This document shows, in pieces, positions 1-8,255 of a DNA stretch of 64,000 bases. Position 1 is the stretch's first letter. Each line of letters opens with the position of its first letter. The DNA is from Nitrospirota bacterium (GTDB taxonomy: Bacteria; Nitrospirota; UBA9217): assembly GCA_963751455.1 (NCBI GenBank), contig CAVVUN010000009.1:128001-192000 (forward strand), read 5' to 3'. A program made the translations under genes and the position numbers. Below the pieces are notes generated by a model. It was not told where the DNA came from. It worked only from the letters and a program-made list of their open reading frames with translations, and ran no database searches.

Positions 1-643
1 GTCCGTAAATCGCCCATATGGTCAGGAGAATAGCCCATACGTAAAAGCTCATCCTCTTCGTGGTCGATTCGTCGGATGTTTTAGACAGCCGCCTGGTCTC
101 AGCGTCTTTCCAGCGGCTGCGCTGGTAAAAATCCCTGTAGTGGGCATACTGTTCCGGTGCGAGCTCGAAAAGCCTTGCCAGGGGGACACTGTCAGGAGAC
201 AGCGAGTGCGGGAATTGGAATGATATGTCGATGGCCGGATCGCGAGTCAGAAGGCGGTCCCTTTCAGCGCGATCTACACCCTCTTGGAATTTTTCATAAC
301 ACGTGATCAGGTTTTCGGCAATGGTCCGGGAGAAGATATGGAATGCTTTTCTTTTTTCAAATTTGGCATTTACAAAGGCGGTTTCGTAAAATTTAGCCGC
401 CAACGTGTATTGCGCAAGTTTTTGACAGCACAACCCGGAAAGAACCAGCGTGTTTGCGAGACCAGATACCCCGTTGGAAAGTCGATGGGGGGAGAAGGGA
501 TGACCGCGTACATCGAGAGCCCGAAAGGCATCTTCTGCGCGTTTCAATTCATCAAGCGCTTCTTTGTACCGGCATTGCTGAAAAAGCGCACAGCCGGAAT
601 CATAAAAACGTTCTGCCGTGCGCTTTGTAGTAGTGATCGGCAT
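1..643 (-). CDS. TPR-like helical protein with C-terminal hydrophobic segment (3' end runs off the window)
   Basis: Not in the ORF track because it lacks a stop in the window. Manual translation from ATG at 643 gives MPITTTKRTAERFYDSGCALFQQCRYKEALDELKRAE...FYVWAILLTIWAIYG, open to the window edge. It starts 10 bp after the receiver gene stop. Confidence 0.7.
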   Translation of the reverse strand, partial: MPITTTKRTAERFYDSGCALFQQCRYKEALDELKRAEDAFRALDVRGHPFSPHRLSNGVSGLANTLVLSGLCCQKLAQYTLAAKFYETAFVNAKFEKRKAFHIFSRTIAENLITCYEKFQEGVDRAERDRLLTRDPAIDISFQFPHSLSPDSVPLARLFELAPEQYAHYRDFYQRSRWKDAETRRLSKTSDESTTKRMSFYVWAILLTIWAIYG

Positions 644-652
644 TTCTGCTGC

Positions 653-1021
653 TTAGCCAAGAATATTTTTAATTTTGGTAAGTATTTCCATCGGGCTGAA
701 GGGTTTTACGATATACTCATCGGCGCCTACTTCTTTCCCGCGCTCCTGCTCGGCCACCTGTCCCTTCGCAGTCAGCATGATGACATACGTGCTCTTAAGG
801 TCTCCATCTGCTTTTATCGTGCGACACACATCATAGCCGTTGATTTCGGGCATCATGATGTCGAGAAAAAGGATGTCCGGCTTCACCTCTTTCACTTTTT
901 TGAGCGTTTCTGCCCCGTCCTTCGCCAGCCAGAGCTTATATCCTTCATCTTCAAGGAGGTACGTAAGAGCTTCCCGAATGTTTTCGTTGTCGTCAGCTAT
1001 AAGAATTTTCTTCTGGTTCAT
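653..1021 (-). CDS. Single-domain response regulator receiver (CheY-like)
   Basis: ILIADD, FLDIMMP (phosphoacceptor D), MLTA and YIVKPF motifs. Confidence 0.95.
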   Translation of the reverse strand: MNQKKILIADDNENIREALTYLLEDEGYKLWLAKDGAETLKKVKEVKPDILFLDIMMPEINGYDVCRTIKADGDLKSTYVIMLTAKGQVAEQERGKEVGADEYIVKPFSPMEILTKIKNILG

Positions 1022-1165
1022 AATAATACCTGATTCTAATGTATGACAATCTTAAAAAATACTAGCCTTAAATCTTATGTTTGTCAAGGCGTAAAAAACC
1101 GTTTTCTCTTTTTTTTTCAAGCTGTCCGGCGAGTGACGAATAAAACAGGTATATAAATATAAACA

Positions 1166-1194
1166 TTGAAATTACCAGGACGAGAAGGTATCAT
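1166..1194 (+). promoter_or_regulatory. Sigma70-type promoter for tldD
   Basis: TTGAAA-17 nt-TATCAT. Confidence 0.55.
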
Positions 1195-1210
1195 AAGACC
1201 AATTTTTATT

Positions 1211-1316
1211 GCAGACCGGAGACGGGAAGACTGCGCACTAGGGTCCCGGACCTGGATCCTTTGTGAACAGACATCCTGTGTACATGGCCCGGGCTCAGAG
1301 GTCAAGGGAAAAGGAG
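1211..1316 (+). ncRNA. Candidate structured cis-regulatory leader RNA upstream of tldD
   Basis: GAGA-tetraloop hairpin (1211-1234), a second hairpin (1241-1296), and anti-SD UCCUUU (1257-1262) complementary to SD AAAGGA (1310-1315). Confidence 0.4.
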
Positions 1317-1322
1317 TTCAGA

Positions 1323-2705
1323 GTGGATATCGAAGTCGACTGTGCGGCGGTTTTAAGGAAGGCCATGAGCCGCGGCGGCGATTTTGCTGACGTTTTTATT
1401 GAACGGAGCGCGCCTTTTTCCATTCTGTGCGAAGACGGCAGGATAGAGAAGGTCATTTCCGGCGTTGAGACGGGAGCGGGTGTTCGGCTGATCGTCGGCC
1501 GGCGAACCGCCTACGCATACACGAATGATCTTCGGACCGAGGCCTTGCTCGAGCTCGCCGATGCTGTACGACAAGCGGCTGCAGGAGAAGCGTTGCATGC
1601 CGGCATAAACCTGTCCAGGAAGACACCCCGGGTGGACTTCAGAATACAGAAGGCTCCCGAATCCTTTAGCGTCCAGGATAAGGTCTCAATCGTGCTTCAG
1701 GCGAACAAAATCGCGCGAGCCGATCCGCGTATCAGACAAGCCATGGTCACGTACCGTGAAAACAGGCAGAAAGTCCTGATAGCAAATTCCGAAGGCGCTG
1801 TAGCCGAGGATGAACGCGTTTACCTTACGGCGCTGGTCCACGTGGTGGCTGCCGATGGAAACGTTGTACAGACAGGATACGAGCCGGTGGGCGGACTTGC
1901 CGGGATGGAACTGTTCGATTCCTTTCCTCTTACCAAAGCGGCGGAAACCGCCGTTCGACGGGCGCTCATGATGCTTACAGCACGAAAAGCGCCAGCCGGG
2001 AAAATGCCTGTAGTTCTGTCTTCTGAAGCTGGGGGAACCATGATTCATGAAGCCGTAGGGCACGGGCTGGAGGCCGATCTCGCCCAATCGGGCCTTTCGG
2101 TTTATTCAAACAGGCTGGGAGAGACGATTGCGTCGCCCCTGATTACCGTCGTCGACGATGCGACCCTTGACGGTAAACGGGGGTCGTTCAGGTTCGATGA
2201 CGAAGGCGTTGACGCTGAACGAACTATGCTGGTCGACAGCGGTGTCCTGAAGAATTTCATGTATGACCGTTTGACGGCGATGAAGGACGGAACCTCATCA
2301 ACGGGAAACGGCAGGCGCGAGTCGTACAAACACCGGCCGATACCGAGGATGACGAATACGATGATACTCCCCGGCGAGAGCGATCCGGCAGAAATACTGC
2401 GGAGCACACCGAGCGGTCTTTATGTTACGAAAATGGGCGGTGGCCAGGTGAACACGGTGAACGGTGACTTCGTCTTCGAAGTGAGCGAGGGATACCTCAT
2501 CGAGAACGGCTTTATTGGTGAGCCGGTGCGCGGCGCAACGCTTACCGGGAACGGACCCCGTGTGCTGATGACAATCGATCGGGTGGGACGGGACCTCGGC
2601 TTTTCGATCGGTACCTGCGGCAAAGACGGACAGGGCTCGCCTGTAAGCGATGCCCAACCCACGCTAAGGATACCTGAGATAACCGTGGGAGGAGTAGTTG
2701 CATAA
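1323..2705 (+). CDS. tldD: TldD metalloprotease
   Basis: HEAVGHGLEAD, DDEG, TGNGRRES, PRMTNT and CGKDGQ motifs. GTG start at 1323 chosen because it follows AAGGAG. Confidence 0.93.
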   Translation: MDIEVDCAAVLRKAMSRGGDFADVFIERSAPFSILCEDGRIEKVISGVETGAGVRLIVGRRTAYAYTNDLRTEALLELADAVRQAAAGEALHAGINLSRKTPRVDFRIQKAPESFSVQDKVSIVLQANKIARADPRIRQAMVTYRENRQKVLIANSEGAVAEDERVYLTALVHVVAADGNVVQTGYEPVGGLAGMELFDSFPLTKAAETAVRRALMMLTARKAPAGKMPVVLSSEAGGTMIHEAVGHGLEADLAQSGLSVYSNRLGETIASPLITVVDDATLDGKRGSFRFDDEGVDAERTMLVDSGVLKNFMYDRLTAMKDGTSSTGNGRRESYKHRPIPRMTNTMILPGESDPAEILRSTPSGLYVTKMGGGQVNTVNGDFVFEVSEGYLIENGFIGEPVRGATLTGNGPRVLMTIDRVGRDLGFSIGTCGKDGQGSPVSDAQPTLRIPEITVGGVVA

Positions 2706-2729
2706 AAATTGCAGATTGCAAAAAGATTC

Positions 2730-2896
2730 GTAACTACTCAGGTCATTTTTTTATCCGCAGATCACGCAGATTTCGCAGATAAAAACAAAACCTGAATTCT
2801 GGTTTTAAAATCTGCGTCCATCTGCGAAATCTGCGGATAGAAGGCTTTTTCTCAGATTTGTCTTAATGCCGTTCTGAAAAGAAGCTGAATAGTTAC
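2730..2896. mobile_element. MITE family A, copy 1 (IS66-like ends)
   Basis: TIRs GTAACTACTCAG / CTGAATAGTTAC; 8-bp TSD AAAGATTC; internal CCGCAGAT...ATCTGCGG palindrome. Confidence 0.9.
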
Positions 2897-2922
2897 AAAG
2901 ATTCAATCTTTTGTGAGGAAAC

Positions 2923-3417
2923 GTGATCATCCGTACAGCCATAATAACCCTCAGCGACAAGGGATCAAAAGGGGAACGAGAGGACGAAAGCGGCAAAGTA
3001 CTCCGGGAAATTGTTACGGACCTCGGCGGATCAGTCGATCACTACGAGATGATACCGGACGAGAAATCGCTGATAGAGCAAACGCTTGTCCGGCTGTCGG
3101 ATTCCGGAACTATAGATCTTATTTTAACCACAGGCGGAACCGGCGTTGCCCCTCGAGACGTAACTCCTGAGGCAACTGCCTCCGTAATCGATCGGGAACT
3201 CCCAGGCATGGCGGAGGCAATGCGCGCCGAGAGCCTTAAAAAGACGCCCCATGCTATGATTTCCCGCGCAATGGCCGGCATCAGGAAACAGACACTGATC
3301 GTAAACCTTCCCGGAAGCCCGAAAGCCGTCCGTGAGAATCTCGGCGTCATACTTCCCGCGCTTCCACATACCATCGAAAAAATCAAAGGCGACCCATCAG
3401 ATTGCGCGCAGAAGTAA
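2923..3417 (+). CDS. mog: Molybdopterin adenylyltransferase (MogA/MoaB family)
   Basis: TLSD, TTGGTGVAPRDVTPEA, SRA and NLPGSPKAV motifs. Confidence 0.92.
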   Translation: MIIRTAIITLSDKGSKGEREDESGKVLREIVTDLGGSVDHYEMIPDEKSLIEQTLVRLSDSGTIDLILTTGGTGVAPRDVTPEATASVIDRELPGMAEAMRAESLKKTPHAMISRAMAGIRKQTLIVNLPGSPKAVRENLGVILPALPHTIEKIKGDPSDCAQK

Positions 3418-3472
3418 ACCCGTTAGACGAGGTTCTCTGCCGGGTGGAGTGTGCCTTAATACAACAATCTGC

Positions 3473-3640
3473 GTAACTACTCAGGTCATTTTTTTATCCG
3501 CAGATTACGCAGATTTCGCAGATAAAAACAAAACCAGAATTCCGGCTTTAGAATCTGCGTCAATCTGCGAAATCTGCGGATAGAAGGGCTTTTTCTCAGA
3601 TTTGTCTTAATGCCGTTCTGAAAAGAAGCTGAATAGTTAC
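3473..3640. mobile_element. MITE family A, copy 2
   Basis: Same TIRs as copy 1; 8-bp TSD CAATCTGC. Confidence 0.9.
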
Positions 3641-3778
3641 CAATCTGCAAACGTTAAATAACGCAGTTTAATTTTTCTCTGCCGTATGACCTGCTCCTGT
3701 ATCTTATCTATTTTCAAACCTCCTCAACGCCAGTAAACCCGTATATACTATAATAGAGAAGAAGCGGAGGTAAATAAA

Positions 3779-4123
3779 ATGGAACCCCTGAGAAAACTGA
3801 AAGTCCTTGATACTGCCCCCGGCGTTTTCAATGTCTCAAACGCCGTCAGCTATCATCCGGCATCGATTGTAAGCAAGCAGCTCATAAAAAAGGAAACGGG
3901 CTCCGTTACTCTTTTTGCATTTGACGAGGGCCAGGACCTGAGCGAGCATACTGCACCGTATGACGCAATGGTGCATGTGCTCGAAGGAGAAGCGGAGATA
4001 TCTATCTCGCAGAAGAGGTACCTGGTTAAAGCCGGAGAAATGATTATTATGCCTGCCAATCAGCCGCATGCCTTGAAGGCTTTGAAGAAGTTCAAGATGC
4101 TTCTCGTAATGATCAGGTCTTGA
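3779..4123 (+). CDS. Cupin domain protein
   Basis: FDEGQDLSEHTAP...VLEGE...MPANQPHAL cupin motifs; GGAGG RBS. Confidence 0.9.
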   Translation: MEPLRKLKVLDTAPGVFNVSNAVSYHPASIVSKQLIKKETGSVTLFAFDEGQDLSEHTAPYDAMVHVLEGEAEISISQKRYLVKAGEMIIMPANQPHALKALKKFKMLLVMIRS

Positions 4124-4159
4124 AAAAGGCAAGAATAACGGCTGAGCACCGGCAAACGC

Positions 4160-4197
4160 AAAAGAGGCAGCCCCGCAGCGAGCGGAACTGCCTCTTA
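4160..4197. terminator. Hairpin between convergent genes, probable intrinsic terminator
   Basis: AAGAGGCAG...CTGCCTCTT stem. Confidence 0.5.
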
Positions 4198-4220
4198 ACA
4201 TGGAACGGTCAATCTACATT

Positions 4221-4880
4221 TTAATAACCGGCGCTTCCATGTCCGTTAACAGAGCCGCCGGCGCCGCTGCCGCTGCTGTCCGGAACACCTTCCGGAAACT
4301 CTTCAGGAGCTGCGGTTCCACCTGTGTCCTCACCGGACAGATCTTCACTGGGGCCGCCTGCCCCTTCCCCGGACATATCAAGGGACTCATCAACGCCGCC
4401 CGCGCCCATACCTGAGGTCATTGACTCGGCAAGAGCCTGCTTGATGCCACTATGCGCGTCATCCTCGATCGTGCTCAATTTGCCGACCACATCGGTAATA
4501 TTTACTTTAAGACTGCTTGCAACCTGATTCCAGCCTGTTCTGCCCTGTCGCATGGTAACAACACGGTTGATGTTGGCATCCGTTATTCCACCCGGAAGTT
4601 TTTCGACAAATGCTAGTATTGCAGCTATTTCCCCGTACTGCAGGTTTTTGCCGAGCAGTGAGTTGATCCTGTCGGTGCCGACGTTGAAATTATCAGTCAG
4701 CTGCCTGCTGAGAATCTTTTCAGCCTGGGGCAACTTGGCATCTGTGTTGAGCATCGTAATTTCCGCCTTCAATTTATTTTCATCCTTGGATACAGTAGCA
4801 GCTGTTGCAATTCCAGCTGTGGTGATCGAAAGAGCTGCAACTGCTATAAGTAAAAGCATGGTAATCGAAAACTTTTTCAT
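4221..4880 (-). CDS. Secreted hypothetical protein with acidic Gly-rich tail (paralog of 37831-38514)
   Basis: Signal peptide MKKFSITMLLLIAVAAL; AGGAGG RBS; core LQYGEIAAILAF..LPGGIT shared with the paralog. Confidence 0.85.
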   Translation of the reverse strand: MKKFSITMLLLIAVAALSITTAGIATAATVSKDENKLKAEITMLNTDAKLPQAEKILSRQLTDNFNVGTDRINSLLGKNLQYGEIAAILAFVEKLPGGITDANINRVVTMRQGRTGWNQVASSLKVNITDVVGKLSTIEDDAHSGIKQALAESMTSGMGAGGVDESLDMSGEGAGGPSEDLSGEDTGGTAAPEEFPEGVPDSSGSGAGGSVNGHGSAGY

Positions 4881-5279
4881 GAGAGAAACCTCCTATAGCC
4901 TGACATTGAGTCGATTTTCTAACCGGCATCTGTCCTCTCTTACTTATCGAAGAGACTATTCCGCAAGAAAGGACAATAAAAATATAGCATCGCTATATAG
5001 ATTGTCAAATTCGGCTTCTTGCAGCTGCAATTTGAATCCCCGATTGACGCTTTCTGCAACTTGGGCGTTAAAAACAAGGCGAGTTTGTTAAAGAAATGGT
5101 AAGTGGAATTAAGGGAATGAGGATGATTGCTTTTCGGTCTGTTTACAACGTCCAAAGACAGCGGATGTTACGTTCCAGTAGAAAACGAACAGGAGCCTTG
5201 AGAATTCGGCCCCTGTGGATTCGATCTATTTTTTTGTTTTTAGATAATACGGGTCTGAAGCGTGGCGACTTTTCAGAGA

Positions 5280-5744
5280 TTACAGCATGCCGACAATTCT
5301 CTCATATTCTGCAACAATCTCGTTATATTGATTCCTGATTTCCCCGGAAAAAAGGAAAAATCTGCTTTTTCTGCCGGTAAGCCTCACCTCGGCAGTCAGC
5401 TTATCGCCAGGCGATACAGCCTTCTTGTATTTTGCCGTCTTCTGCACAACATACGGGTTTCCCGATATTCCATCGATGGTGTAAAGGATAAGGGCCGCTG
5501 CAGTAAGACACGCAAATTCATCCTGGGCATATCCGGGATAGGTCGGTGCACCGGGAAAGTGACCTTCGAGATCCGGGTCGTCAGCCGTGATTTCCTTGAG
5601 CCCAGTCATCACTGACTGGCTGCTGCGATCAAAAAAAACGCCGTCGATCTTTCTGAGGGCGGCGCCTCTGTGAGGCAGAATGTCGGTCAATCCGTTTCTG
5701 TTGAAACAAACGAATGATACTGCTGTGTCGCATGACGTACTCAC
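5280..5744 (-). CDS. FabA/FabZ-like hotdog-fold dehydratase (divergent)
   Basis: ILPHR, GHFPGAPTYPG and VSPGD motifs. Confidence 0.75.
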   Translation of the reverse strand: MSTSCDTAVSFVCFNRNGLTDILPHRGAALRKIDGVFFDRSSQSVMTGLKEITADDPDLEGHFPGAPTYPGYAQDEFACLTAAALILYTIDGISGNPYVVQKTAKYKKAVSPGDKLTAEVRLTGRKSRFFLFSGEIRNQYNEIVAEYERIVGML

Positions 5745-5952
5745 GGTTATCTCCTTACACTATAGAAACGTAATGTTTGTCTGGAAAAAGATGCTAGTGT
5801 AAATATACCGCTCTTGTCAAGAGGTAAAGCCTATCTGTAACATTACGATGCAAAAAATATCCGAATTCAGCAGCAAGTAGCGGATCATAACTATCATGAG
5901 GTATAATCATGTTAAAGATTCCAAAAGCACATTCGTTTGAAAGGAGCTCGAA

Positions 5953-6483
5953 ATGACATCCTATATGGACCGCCTGGTACAGGCAGCCAAGTTGAAGCCC
6001 GAATTGTATGAGGAAGTTGAAGCTGATAAAGGGGCATTTCGTCAGGCAATGGGAGCCGTAATGTTATCGAGTTTAGCAGCGGGTATCGGAGGTCTTGCGA
6101 AGGGAGGGGTGGCCGGAATTTTGGGTGGTTTAATTGTCGCGCTTGCAGGCTGGTTTATATGGGCGTATCTCGTTTATCTCATTGGCGCAAAACTGCTGGC
6201 TCAAAAACAAACGAGTACCGATATGGGTGAAATGCTCCGAACCATCGGCTTTTCGAGTTCTCCGGGCCTGATTAGGATTTTCGGCATCATACCCGGGTTA
6301 ACCGGAATCGTCTTCATTCTGAGCTCTGTCTGGATGTTTGCCGCAATGGTGGTGGCTGTCAGACAGGCTCTGGATTATACGAGCACTATGCGCGCCGTGG
6401 GGGTTTGTCTAATCGGGTGGCTGATTCAGGTTCTGTTCATCGGTGCTTTTCTTTTCATGATCGGGGGCAGGCATGCTATGTGA
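5953..6483 (+). CDS. YIP1-family membrane protein
   Basis: Five hydrophobic segments; YEEVEAD, LRTIGFSSSPG, VVAVRQALD. Confidence 0.8.
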   Translation: MTSYMDRLVQAAKLKPELYEEVEADKGAFRQAMGAVMLSSLAAGIGGLAKGGVAGILGGLIVALAGWFIWAYLVYLIGAKLLAQKQTSTDMGEMLRTIGFSSSPGLIRIFGIIPGLTGIVFILSSVWMFAAMVVAVRQALDYTSTMRAVGVCLIGWLIQVLFIGAFLFMIGGRHAM

Positions 6484-6635
6484 TGGCCTCAGCCTTTAGG
6501 TCCATTTATACTGCGACTCTTCAACAGCCCCCTAAGGACAAGAGCTCGCTGCATTTTCCCCTTGCTTGACTGTATATATAATGGTGATAACCTTAAATGG
6601 AAAAGTATCATTGACGGGGAAAGGGGTCTTTCAGT

Positions 6636-7058
6636 ATGTTAATGCGTCATTATCAATGGTACATAAACCATTTGACGGAGCACGTCAGCATGAAGCAATC
6701 CGATGTCGTTTTCGTGGAAAATATTGCTTCCTGGTGCAGAGAGCATGGAGTGCCGGAAAACGACGAGCACAGGCCGATAAAACTCGTGAGCGGAAACGGC
6801 TCCGGCGTTCAGATGCTTATTGCAGAGGAGATCCCCGATGATGTCGTGGAGCAGCGCATCAAGGCAATCCGGATCCGCAGCCAGCTCAAAAACGTTGCAT
6901 ACGACCGTACAGAGCTGCTGAACTCTGAAACGAAGAAGATCGCATATCTTTTCTTGAAGGAATATTCATCGTCTTTCCCGGAACTGGTCTACGACGAGCT
7001 GGCTGCCGACGAATGGGTATTCGAGCAGATGGACCGTATTGGAATGCTCCGTCCCTAA
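6636..7058 (+). CDS. Hypothetical protein
   Basis: 140-aa ORF with normal composition filling the gap, followed by a convergent gene. Confidence 0.7.
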   Translation: MLMRHYQWYINHLTEHVSMKQSDVVFVENIASWCREHGVPENDEHRPIKLVSGNGSGVQMLIAEEIPDDVVEQRIKAIRIRSQLKNVAYDRTELLNSETKKIAYLFLKEYSSSFPELVYDELAADEWVFEQMDRIGMLRP

Positions 7059-7124
7059 CAGTTGCTCAGCGGTCTCAAATAAGGGTGATTGAATAGCGGA
7101 ATGAAAGAAGCGGTCTGTCGGGAT

Positions 7125-7532
7125 TCAGGGGAGAGCGGAACTGACGGGTCGTTTATATTTTATATTAATTTCATATGACAGGCTCGCATGTGTCATGCCT
7201 CCAACGCCGGCCATCTTGTTTTTACCGTGACAAAAAATCTTTCCTTTTGTCGAATTCTTACGCTTTTTAACCATGTCTGCAACGACGGGAGCCAGATCAA
7301 AACCACCTTCAGTGCATTCCTCGCGCATGCAATTGAGGTGAAAATGCGCATAATTGCTTGGCAGGAAATTAAGGGTTCGGGTCATGAGCAGCCTGTTCAA
7401 AGTAGACTGGTAATATGTCATGTGAAATACAATGCTCGAAACACCGGAATAGCGTTCTGAAACAAGGCCGGCGGCCAGTTGATTGCTCCTCGCAATCTCC
7501 TGTTTTTCCTTGTAACTTGGTTTGTATGTCAT
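7125..7532 (-). CDS. Hypothetical protein, possible metal binder (CxxxxC...C...H)
   Basis: ATG at 7532 (MTYKPSY) follows GAAAGGAAG. The upstream extension in the ORF track lies in AT-rich intergenic DNA. Confidence 0.7.
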   Translation of the reverse strand: MTYKPSYKEKQEIARSNQLAAGLVSERYSGVSSIVFHMTYYQSTLNRLLMTRTLNFLPSNYAHFHLNCMREECTEGGFDLAPVVADMVKKRKNSTKGKIFCHGKNKMAGVGGMTHASLSYEINIKYKRPVSSALP

Positions 7533-8028
7533 AGTCTTCCTTTCGGAACCTGTAAAGGGTGTAAATAAAAAAAGCCACAAAGACACATCTTTGCGGCTTT
7601 TCAATGTAACGCATTTTCCCACTTTTATCGTTAAAAAGCAAGAATTATCTGAGATATAAAAAGCATGTCGTTTTTTACCGGTGGACCGGTCTTTTTCGAT
7701 GTTTTTTATAAAAAGGGAGGCGTGCGATGCTATCAAAAACGCCGATTGTAACAGATTCGAGCAGAAAAGAAGATAGCGACTAAAGAAGATAGAGACTAAA
7801 GAAGACCGGAGAGCGCGAGGTGAGGGAAAAAACTGAAACGCGATCCGCAGCATAGATGTTTTTTAAAACGGATCTTAGACATCTGTTCTTAGACATCTGC
7901 AGCGCAGCTTGTTCCGCTCTATTGTTCAACTAATCGCAATAAACTGATGTTCGTTGTAACCAATTAACATTCATATGCATATAATTATACTACTTTCGAT
8001 CTAGCCTGAAAATACCCTGCCTTTTTGT

Positions 8029-8057
8029 TTGACAACCCCGTAAACTGATGATATAGA
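8029..8057 (+). promoter_or_regulatory. Probable sigma70 promoter of the giant protein gene
   Basis: TTGACA-17 nt-TATAGA with TG extended -10. Confidence 0.45.
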
Positions 8058-8255
8058 AGTATCAAAGACAGATATCTAAATTATCAGATTTCGCCCACCT
8101 CTTTTTTGCATTTCTATCTTCTTTCGCGGTTATTGAACTAAATTGTTTCTCACAATAGCATGGAATTGCATTAATGCGCGGTTCTGTGTGCAATGAAAGT
8201 TGCGACAAGCAACAGCGACATTATTCGTATAATAAATGGTAAACGGGAGGGAAAG

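Noticed and set aside
284-1033. 249-aa + strand ORF
   Set aside because: Antisense shadow of the receiver gene and the TPR-like gene; no motifs.
1142-1157. AAAACAGGTATATAAA also found near 37811
   Set aside because: AT-rich 16-mer in unrelated contexts (promoter region versus terminator flank); may be chance.
1211-1316. Calling the tldD leader a Moco, c-di-GMP-I or guanidine-I riboswitch
   Set aside because: Only fragments match (CUAGGGU, GAAAAGGAG, GNRA loop); the diagnostic cores are missing, so it is left unclassified.
2805-2996. Short ORFs over MITE A copies (also 3332-3583)
   Set aside because: Translations of the repeat element (SADFAD-like), not genes.
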